A stretch of 64,000 nt of DNA from the UHGV virus genome UHGV-0367612. One strand, written 5' to 3'. The position numbers and the translations under genes are program-made. The number at the start of each line of letters is the position of its first letter. Positions within the stretch are counted from its first letter, which is position 1. Source of the stretch: a virus. Shown in pieces: positions 56,925 through 64,000 of this stretch. A model generated the notes under the pieces. It was not told where the DNA came from. It saw only the letters and a program-made list of their open reading frames with translations, and made no database searches.

Positions 56925-56955
56925 ATCTTTTTATTTAAAATAGCACCAGACCAAG

Positions 56956-58308
56956 TTAGATATCCCTCTTCTTATCATAGAAGGTTTTCACTGTTGGAAA
57001 TCTTAAACTTATATTTCCCAATTTGTTAGTGGTTTCTTCAAAATATTTAATGGTTGCCCATTTCCCTATAATAAGTTTAGGATTCTTAAACCATTTCTTC
57101 CTATCTTCTATGGTATACCCAGAACCAACTGATACTCTGAATCCCTTATGTTCTATGATAAGATTGGTTACCATATCCTCTACCTTTCTTTTCTTGATTG
57201 GTTTTCCTTGGTTATCAAGAGAATCAAAGTAATAAGTAAATGGTCCCGTCTCAACATCTAGGATTTGGTATTCTGCATCAGAGAATGATTTGATCTTTAA
57301 TACTACATTGGTTTTTATCCCCACATATCCCACGTTCTTATGAATTACTAATCCTTCCCATCCCTTATTATTGGCCTCTTCAAAGTCTTTCATAAGTTCA
57401 TCCATATTCTCTACTTTAGTTTGTTCAAGCATGAATATATGAGGGTATTTCATGGTTTTTAAATCCTTCTCTAATTGAGATAACCTATCCAAGAATGGTC
57501 GAGTACCCTTTGCTGAGTTATGTTCTTCCCAAGTAACATAATCATAAAGAGCATAATGTGGTTCTGGAATAGTGTAATCCTTTTTCTTTACATCTCCCAC
57601 TACCTTTTGAAAATCTTCGTTACCATCTTCTCCAATAAGGAATATCTCTCCCACTAAAACCATGTTCCTTATCTTAGATTGTTTTACAGCATCCTTTATA
57701 ACCTGTAAAGTTGTGAACTCATTCCCCTCTCTTGAGTATGTTTTACAATCCCCTTTCCCATCTACAAAGGTTTCACATCTTACTCCATCAAGCTTCCTTG
57801 ATTTTAACCATGTATCTTTCTTGAAATCCAATTTCTTCTGATACTCGAAGAAATTCTTGGCTCTGGTAATAGAGAATTGTGGGATAAGGTTCTTCTTTAA
57901 AACTGTGAAGTAGGCAGCATTTATATTAGCTACGTTCACTCCTTGCTTTAACCCCTTGTCAAGGATACTTAATAATGTATCTTGATAAGCTGAGTACTTA
58001 TCCAGGAATGCAACACATTTGTGGAGAGCGTTATGACCAGTTAACTTTCTATTGCACAAGTCTCTAAACAAATCATATATGCTATAGTCTTCTGGTAAAT
58101 CCTCTACCGTTTCATGAGAATCCCTAAATTTAAGTATCCCATTTTTAGTAACACCAAACTTCTTGAATGGGTTATAGGTCCACCAAAGAAGTTTCTTACA
58201 TTCTGGATAACTCAAAAGGACATTGGTTTTGACCGAGGCAGTATTTGTCTGCCTTAGGTCATCCACCAATCCTTCCAAACTATCTAATAATCTCTCATTA
58301 TAATCCAT
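56956..58308 (-). CDS. ATP-dependent DNA ligase
   Basis: Motif I 'KLDGVRC', motif IV-like 'WEGLVIHK', motif V-like 'VVLKIKS'. 450 aa. Confidence 0.7.
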   Translation of the reverse strand: MDYNERLLDSLEGLVDDLRQTNTASVKTNVLLSYPECKKLLWWTYNPFKKFGVTKNGILKFRDSHETVEDLPEDYSIYDLFRDLCNRKLTGHNALHKCVAFLDKYSAYQDTLLSILDKGLKQGVNVANINAAYFTVLKKNLIPQFSITRAKNFFEYQKKLDFKKDTWLKSRKLDGVRCETFVDGKGDCKTYSREGNEFTTLQVIKDAVKQSKIRNMVLVGEIFLIGEDGNEDFQKVVGDVKKKDYTIPEPHYALYDYVTWEEHNSAKGTRPFLDRLSQLEKDLKTMKYPHIFMLEQTKVENMDELMKDFEEANNKGWEGLVIHKNVGYVGIKTNVVLKIKSFSDAEYQILDVETGPFTYYFDSLDNQGKPIKKRKVEDMVTNLIIEHKGFRVSVGSGYTIEDRKKWFKNPKLIIGKWATIKYFEETTNKLGNISLRFPTVKTFYDKKRDI

Positions 58309-58507
58309 ACTTAATTCCTAAATCGTCCAAGATTGTTTTACCATACCAGTTCATGGGTACTGATTCTCCAGTCTCTTCACTCATCTCCATGTTTCTTTCA
58401 AAAATGGTTTTCCCCCTGTATAGGATTTGTAACTCCTCACATTCAATACTTATCAAATGGTCAAATAATTCCTGAGTTAGCTTTTCTCTGTATATCTGTA
58501 TAATCAT
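58298..58507 (-). CDS. hypothetical protein
   Basis: 69-aa ORF. A variant promoter copy at 58542-58578 overlaps the 3' end of the polymerase gene. Confidence 0.3.
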   Translation of the reverse strand: MIIQIYREKLTQELFDHLISIECEELQILYRGKTIFERNMEMSEETGESVPMNWYGKTILDDLGIKYGL

Positions 58508-58557
58508 GGTTAAATATTTTAATGGTTAAATATTTTATTTATTGCAAATATAATATC

Positions 58558-61500
58558 TTAAGAAGCCTCTTGCAAAGCCACAATTTCCTTATTTTCCCAC
58601 CAATGGTCAATGTAGCAATCTTTATATACTTCTGCATAATCTGTTCCCCTCTTATACCCCTTCAGTTTTGACCACCTTAATCCTAACTCAAAGTCAACTG
58701 CCATTGTGATTCCTTTCAGTTTAAATCCAAAATACTTTTGAGTATCTGGGTCCTTACAGATATTGAATAAGTGGTCTACCACTTCATCATTCATATCCTT
58801 GGGATCAAGGTAGAACATGATAGAGTCATGGATTGTACCTATCTGTTCTATAGATGCTGGTAGTTTACCTTGCATGATTTGCTCTCGGATTAATATACTG
58901 GAGAATAGAGCAAAGTCAGAAGCTGTACCTTGGATAGGGGCATTTACAGCATCACGTAGTGCTTTAGCATACTTACCTTGTTCTCTCTTATTACGTGCTT
59001 CTGGAAGTCTTCTTTTCCTTCCAAACGGAGAAACCACATACCCATGTTCTTCAGCGAATTTCTGTTGTTTCTTTACAAACTTTCTAATTCTTGGGAATGT
59101 ATCAAACCACTCATCCAAGAACTCAATAGCCTCTTCCTTGGTTGCTTTATGATCTGGAGTAGATAGTGATTCTTTCAGGTGATTGGGTCCCTGTTGATAT
59201 AATACCCCAAACCCTATGGTATTTCCAGATAGTACTATCTTATTGTCCTTTCTCACTAATAGGTTATGATCATCTACTGTTACCCCCCACATATCTCTTC
59301 CTCCTTCTGTTTTTGTTAAGATAGAATTATTAAGATCAACTCTAGTAAGATGAGTATCCCTTCTTAAATTATACCCCAAGTGATACCTAGTCCTATCTCC
59401 TACTTTAGTCTCACTGAATGATACCATTATACCATTCATATGTCCCATAGCTTGCATAACTTGAGCAGTCTGTTTCACTACAGTACTGAAAGATACATAC
59501 CCAGTTTTATTACTAATATTTGAATCCCAATATTGAGCTTCTTCTAAGTATATCTTACCGGATATATGGCTTAAACATTCCCAACTTAATTCCTTACCCA
59601 TACTTACCCAGTTAGATAACCACTGATACAACGGTTGGTTAGTTTTCTTTATGATACAGAAGTAATGTTTTCCATTTCTTATAGCTTCTGTATAATCTAT
59701 GTTACATAAAGCTAATAACTCTCTACATCTGTTTGCCTTATGTTCTTTACTAAACCCAAACCTGATCTTTTCCCATTGATTTTTGATATTACCATCAGCA
59801 GTGAACATTGCTAAAAACCTAGTTAAGTTCTCATCCTCAAACTCAAAATTAACTTTACCAGCTACTGGCATATATCCAGACTTATTTACTAGGTTCTTGA
59901 AATCTGTCCTAATCTTTTTCTGGTGTCTTGTTACAAATAAAGTCTTATGAGTAGAAGTTACATCTAAACTTACAGTCCTTGATTTGTAAGTATAATTATT
60001 CTTAGAAATCACCTTACCATAAGCTGAAGGTTTGACCCAGCTTATCTCCTCTGTATCAAAATTATATTGGGCCACCAAGGATTTACCATCGTAAGAATCT
60101 AATCTTTGCCAACCAGTAGGTGTTAATATCTCGGTATCACCTGAATAACATTTAGCTTGTTTTCTCCTTACTTTCCAAGTTTTATAGTTGGGATCATCCT
60201 CGTTAGAGTATATCTTATAAGCATCCTCATAGGATATCTTGTATTTTTTACAAGCTGTAGCCAAGTGAATATCATGTCCAACCCTAAACCATTCAAGCAT
60301 CTGTTTATCCTGTGACCAACCTGCAACTACTCGTAGCTCTGCCTGAGAATAGTCTAACTGCATCATCACTTTCCCTTTCGGACAAACGAACATATATTTA
60401 ATATCCTTTGCCGTAGTATCTCGTGGCATATTCTGCAAGTTGGGGTTCCTTGAACTCAACCTACCAGTAACTGTACCATGTATTAAGAATGAACCATGAA
60501 GAGTGTTATCTGGGTTAAGTATATCTCTGATACCGACTATATAGGTTGAGTAGAGTTTTGTTATCTCTCGATACTTCAAAAGGGTTTCTATAAACCCAGT
60601 CTCATCCTTATCCTTCAACTCTAATAATACATCCTCACTTGTTGCTGGATTCTTGGTGGGTTTCTTGGTTTTCTTATCCTCCGTGTACTTTATGATTGGT
60701 AACCTCAATCCATACTTGTTATAGTATAGGAAGTCAATCAATTGTTTAACTGACTTCAGGTTCAGTGGTTGTAAAGATTCTTTATCTTTCTTTGTTAACC
60801 CAACTCCAGCTGAGTAATTATCATACTTTTTCTGGAGGTTTGTGATACTCCTTTGTAGGCTACCTAGTTTCTTCTTGTCAGTTGTGTTATCTAACTCGTT
60901 AGTCTTTATCTCAATTTGTTCTAGAAGACCATCCAAAAGTGCCTTTTTAGCAGCCTTAACTCTCTTCTTATTATACTTAACAAGAGATGGTACTGCATAC
61001 ATCTTGGCTTCTGCTTCCTCTATCTTGATTTTGTATGATTCACAAAGCCCATCAAGGTATGGTCTATCAACTAGATAACCCCTACTCTCTACTTCTGCTA
61101 GGTTATAAGAAGCCATTTCCAAAAGGTTTCTGTATAACTGGTAGAATCCACATTCTCTAATTCTCTGTTCAAGGTATATTGATAACCGAAGACAGAGATC
61201 AGAGTCCAAAGCATTGTAAGGTGCTAACGTTTCCAACGGTACATTTGACCAGAACTGAACAACCTCTTCTGGAGTTCTCTCAGTATCTTCTCCCTTGATT
61301 GAGTAATTCGCATATTGTGGGAAAAATGAATAAGCCAATGACTTTAAGTCATGTGGTCTTTTCTCATTCAAGAGATACTTCATTAACATGGTATCAAGGA
61401 TAACCCCTCTTGGTCTTATCCCATACTTTAACCACCAACCATGCTCGAATTTAAAGTTGTGTGCTACCTTTACTATCCTGTCATTTTGTATAAGTTCCCT

Positions 61501-61767
61501 ACCTATATATTTTAATACCCTTTTCCACTTATTCCCTTTTCTCAATGGAGAATCTTTATGAGCTAAAGGTATTACATAAGCATACCCAGGTTGGAATGCT
61601 ATAGATATACAAGTAGGATATCCTCTATGATCAGAACTATGATGACCGGATGTCTCATAGTCATGGGCACAATATCCGGTCATCTTGCAGTACTTAACAA
61701 CTTTCTTTACATCGGCCATGGTTTTGGCCCAACTAAAGTGATAGTTATCTAGTACGTCCTTGTTCAT
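58558..61767 (-). CDS. family A DNA polymerase with 3'-5' exonuclease, interrupted by an intein
   Basis: Exo I 'AHDYETSG'. Pol motif A 'LDYSQAELRV'. Motif B is split: 'RRKQAK' [310-aa insert 'CYSGDTEIL ... IVLSGN'] 'TIGFGVLYQQG'. The C-terminal part carries the motif C region. Confidence 0.85.
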   Translation of the reverse strand: MNKDVLDNYHFSWAKTMADVKKVVKYCKMTGYCAHDYETSGHHSSDHRGYPTCISIAFQPGYAYVIPLAHKDSPLRKGNKWKRVLKYIGRELIQNDRIVKVAHNFKFEHGWWLKYGIRPRGVILDTMLMKYLLNEKRPHDLKSLAYSFFPQYANYSIKGEDTERTPEEVVQFWSNVPLETLAPYNALDSDLCLRLSIYLEQRIRECGFYQLYRNLLEMASYNLAEVESRGYLVDRPYLDGLCESYKIKIEEAEAKMYAVPSLVKYNKKRVKAAKKALLDGLLEQIEIKTNELDNTTDKKKLGSLQRSITNLQKKYDNYSAGVGLTKKDKESLQPLNLKSVKQLIDFLYYNKYGLRLPIIKYTEDKKTKKPTKNPATSEDVLLELKDKDETGFIETLLKYREITKLYSTYIVGIRDILNPDNTLHGSFLIHGTVTGRLSSRNPNLQNMPRDTTAKDIKYMFVCPKGKVMMQLDYSQAELRVVAGWSQDKQMLEWFRVGHDIHLATACKKYKISYEDAYKIYSNEDDPNYKTWKVRRKQAKCYSGDTEILTPTGWQRLDSYDGKSLVAQYNFDTEEISWVKPSAYGKVISKNNYTYKSRTVSLDVTSTHKTLFVTRHQKKIRTDFKNLVNKSGYMPVAGKVNFEFEDENLTRFLAMFTADGNIKNQWEKIRFGFSKEHKANRCRELLALCNIDYTEAIRNGKHYFCIIKKTNQPLYQWLSNWVSMGKELSWECLSHISGKIYLEEAQYWDSNISNKTGYVSFSTVVKQTAQVMQAMGHMNGIMVSFSETKVGDRTRYHLGYNLRRDTHLTRVDLNNSILTKTEGGRDMWGVTVDDHNLLVRKDNKIVLSGNTIGFGVLYQQGPNHLKESLSTPDHKATKEEAIEFLDEWFDTFPRIRKFVKKQQKFAEEHGYVVSPFGRKRRLPEARNKREQGKYAKALRDAVNAPIQGTASDFALFSSILIREQIMQGKLPASIEQIGTIHDSIMFYLDPKDMNDEVVDHLFNICKDPDTQKYFGFKLKGITMAVDFELGLRWSKLKGYKRGTDYAEVYKDCYIDHWWENKEIVALQEAS
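59221..60150 (-). mobile_element. intein with LAGLIDADG-type homing endonuclease in DNA polymerase motif B
   Basis: Starts at Cys after 'RRKQAK' and ends 'VLSGN' before Thr. The internal 'LTRFLAMFTADGNIK' is LAGLIDADG-like. Coordinates are approximate (plus or minus 3 nt). Confidence 0.7.
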
Positions 61768-62530
61768 CTTCTATACAATTTTTAAGTATATCCCAATCTT
61801 TCCTGTAAGAGTGGAGTGATGCAATATTATGGTACAGGTATCCAGGTTTTAAATCCTTCATACCCTTTGATCTCAATACCTGGGTAATGTATTCTTTCAA
61901 CTGCCAAGCCAGGAATACATCATTACCAAAGTGAGTTACTACATCCGCTGAACGTTGGTTGTAAATAATATGCAACCTGTTTTCTCGGATAATTAGTTGG
62001 TAATACATTGAGCATGGTACCCTTCTCTTTCCTCCAATATATGCTCCATCATTTTCCAAATCCCAGATAGGTAAAATACCTTGACGAGTATCTGGGTTAC
62101 GGAATAATTCATCTACCACTCTCTCAAGATTACCTACTTCATCTTCCTCTTCTCCACCTGGGCAGAAGTTCATCCTCTCTCCATAGGCATAATCGAATTT
62201 CCCATTTACCAAGAACTCTTCCCAAATCTCTTTTCTGATTTTCCAAGCTTCACCTGGGTTTAATCTTGCAGGATTTACTCTCTCATTAAACTCTGCAATA
62301 GCCCACTTCTTGGTGGTTTCAATATCTGTTTGGGTTCCATTGAAAAGGTACTCTTCTCTGTTCAATGTCAATAAACAGTAAGAGTAATTCAGAATTTCCC
62401 GGGTCTCAAAGTTAATGTCACCTTCAATATTTTTATTCTGCATTGACTTTGGCCTAACTATAGATGACATCTCCCACACCTCACGTCTTATTTCAGACAT
62501 TAACTGATAGCAATCATCGTATATCCTCAT
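61745..62530 (-). CDS. deoxynucleotide hydroxymethylase (T4 gp42 / dCMP hydroxymethylase family)
   Basis: 'RRVPCSMYYQLIIRENRLHIIYNQRSADVVTHFGNDVFLAWQ' aligns with T4 gp42 'FMC(148)TNTVQYLIRDKKINAVVNMRSNDVVFGFRND(179)YAWQ', as recalled from memory. The catalytic Cys and the Asn-Asp pair are both present. Confidence 0.7.
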   Translation of the reverse strand: MRIYDDCYQLMSEIRREVWEMSSIVRPKSMQNKNIEGDINFETREILNYSYCLLTLNREEYLFNGTQTDIETTKKWAIAEFNERVNPARLNPGEAWKIRKEIWEEFLVNGKFDYAYGERMNFCPGGEEEDEVGNLERVVDELFRNPDTRQGILPIWDLENDGAYIGGKRRVPCSMYYQLIIRENRLHIIYNQRSADVVTHFGNDVFLAWQLKEYITQVLRSKGMKDLKPGYLYHNIASLHSYRKDWDILKNCIEDEQGRTR

Positions 62531-62533
62531 CCC

Positions 62534-62890
62534 TTACTCCTCCACCTTTTCGATTGTACCCCAAATATCAATGTCAGTGATAAGTTTGAAAGGCTTTGCA
62601 TCTTTCAATTCTTCACCAACTCTTGTCTTCATCCTCAGTTTCATTTCAACTCCTGAATAATGAGAGAAGATAACCAAATCCCCAATCTTCCAATCCTCAA
62701 CTGCAGAACCAATTCTCACGATTTCTCCAAGTACTGGTTTGTTCTCTTGTGCAGCTCCCGGGATTATGATACCACTTTTTAATATCTCTTCTCCGTCTAC
62801 TACCTCTACTAATACTTTACTTGCCCCAATCTTTGGGATATCAACCTGATCTCTTAATAATGAAATCTTCGCTTTCTTTGTATTTTCCAT
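62534..62890 (-). CDS. GroES-like co-chaperonin (gp31-like)
   Basis: 118 aa. 'SKVLVEVVD...SGIIIPGAAQENKPVLGEIVRIG...KIGDLVIFSHYSG' follows the GroES pattern (mobile loop, GD.V.F). Confidence 0.5.
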   Translation of the reverse strand: MENTKKAKISLLRDQVDIPKIGASKVLVEVVDGEEILKSGIIIPGAAQENKPVLGEIVRIGSAVEDWKIGDLVIFSHYSGVEMKLRMKTRVGEELKDAKPFKLITDIDIWGTIEKVEE

Positions 62891-62936
62891 ATCTCTTTAA
62901 GTTTTTAATTAAATAGTACTCAACATGTTAGTGGGT

Positions 62937-63719
62937 TTATTGACCCGGTAGTTTGCAATTCTTTGCAAGAGTTTTAAGTTTTGCTTTGTAACCAATAAAA
63001 CCATCCTCTGCTATCAATTGCCTACATATCCTTATATGTACTTTATATTTCAGGCTAGAGGCATATTTTTTATCAGTAAACTTTTCAAGCAAGTCTAACA
63101 TCTTGTCTGTTACATCATTCTCTTTACCCTTCACAAGTTTACGTAAATCCTTATGAATGTGGTATCCAGTTAATAACTCGATTGATGACCACATGTTCCC
63201 GCAGAATAAGGTAACTGCCAAGTCTACATCCTTACCATAGATATACTCTCCCATTCTCTGGATAAGTAAGAAGTCAAAGATCAACCTCTTGGTAACTTCT
63301 GAAGACCTGATACTTACTACCATCCTTCTTACATCGTCCTTGTGTCTTTTCTGAAATACCACTGAAAGAAGGCAACCTTTTCCTGAATCGTGTTGGTTAG
63401 AGAATTTGTAAGCTATGTTATATGATCCGGCATTTACTTTCTCTTTGGCTTGTACCTGTGACTTTACTAAATCCAAGTGATTCAGGTCAAGGTAGTTTGC
63501 TATAAGACGAGTCCATTTTTGTTCGTGATACCCAAAAAGCTTAGCAAAATCAAATTCTGGATCAACCCATGCTTTGGTTATATCAAACATCACATCATAA
63601 GCGATGAGTTGTGATGATACTCTAACACCACTCTTGAGTAGCTTTTCGCCACTCAAGATAAGGTATTCATTAATTGCCTCCCATGCTGCCTGTGTAGTTG
63701 GTGCTGTGAATGTAAGCAT
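62937..63719 (-). CDS. hypothetical protein
   Basis: 260-aa ORF. Adjacent to the hydroxymethylase, so possibly nucleotide-metabolism related. Confidence 0.3.
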   Translation of the reverse strand: MLTFTAPTTQAAWEAINEYLILSGEKLLKSGVRVSSQLIAYDVMFDITKAWVDPEFDFAKLFGYHEQKWTRLIANYLDLNHLDLVKSQVQAKEKVNAGSYNIAYKFSNQHDSGKGCLLSVVFQKRHKDDVRRMVVSIRSSEVTKRLIFDFLLIQRMGEYIYGKDVDLAVTLFCGNMWSSIELLTGYHIHKDLRKLVKGKENDVTDKMLDLLEKFTDKKYASSLKYKVHIRICRQLIAEDGFIGYKAKLKTLAKNCKLPGQ

Positions 63720-63720
63720 A

Positions 63721-63990
63721 TTAATATTTTGATTGGATTCTGAAGCGATTTACCAAATTCTTCTTGTAATAAATGTGATGCAAACTCTTTGCAGTCATAC
63801 CTGAGAAAGCAAAGAACCCGAACATGTATAGGGTTCCCTCCATCAATCTCAACCGGTAAGTAGATTCATCTGTCATCATTTGGGTTTGCTTCCAAGGTTT
63901 GTTCTTCAGACAATTCCTTGCAATTTGGAATTTGTAAGTGGCTCTCCATAAGAGTTGGCACATTTTCTGATCTCTCTCAATCCCAAGCAA
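63721..63990 (-). CDS. hypothetical protein (5' end probably beyond window)
   Basis: The ORF runs to the window edge. Confidence 0.25.
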   Translation of the reverse strand: MLGIERDQKMCQLLWRATYKFQIARNCLKNKPWKQTQMMTDESTYRLRLMEGTLYMFGFFAFSGMTAKSLHHIYYKKNLVNRFRIQSKY

Positions 63991-64000
63991 GTTACCACCA

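Noticed and set aside
1-64000. CRISPR arrays, rRNA genes, integrase/attachment sites
   Set aside because: No regularly spaced identical direct repeats with unique spacers, no rRNA-like conserved stretches, and no tyrosine or serine recombinase motifs were seen. The repeated elements present are promoters with non-uniform spacing.

Overview
This window looks like a contiguous piece of a large tailed dsDNA phage genome, probably myovirus-like given a tail sheath-like N-terminus. Nearly all genes are on the minus strand; two short plus-strand blocks lie at 21.8-24.8 kb and 27.0-29.1 kb. Modules in map order: tail sheath, tail/baseplate and two very large fibers (42..11856); head genes, portal and an intein-containing large terminase (11.9-19.7 kb); a C5-MTase-like gene and a plus-strand block ending in a ThyA-family gene (20.6-24.8 kb); about 16 kb of short, often acidic early genes in small operons (33-49 kb); and a T4-like replication/recombination/nucleotide-metabolism block (49-63 kb). 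That last block holds a PD-(D/E)xK nuclease, Rad50/Mre11, a P-loop kinase, FEN, RecA/UvsX, gp32-like SSB, ATP ligase, an intein-containing family-A DNA polymerase, a T4 gp42-like dNMP hydroxymethylase and a GroES-like co-chaperonin. The early operons are each preceded by one copy of a highly conserved ~40-bp promoter that matches the Bacteroidetes sigma-A consensus (TTTG ... TAnnTTTG), and there are no Shine-Dalgarno sequences, so the host is probably a Bacteroidetes bacterium. Two items stand out. First, two ThyA-superfamily enzymes plus a dNMP kinase suggest hydroxymethyl-pyrimidine (likely 5-hmC) DNA. Second, a ~1-kb extremely AT-rich, CpG-non-depleted island (29.2-30.2 kb) is bounded by G-rich imperfect inverted repeats ending in GGATAT; it carries a 36-aa hydrophobic type-I-toxin-like peptide and a foreign-codon ORF, each with its own terminator, and sits next to a polypyrimidine tract with iteron-like repeats. 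No rRNA, no complete tRNA and no CRISPR array were found. Hand-derived coordinates may be off by 1-3 nt.
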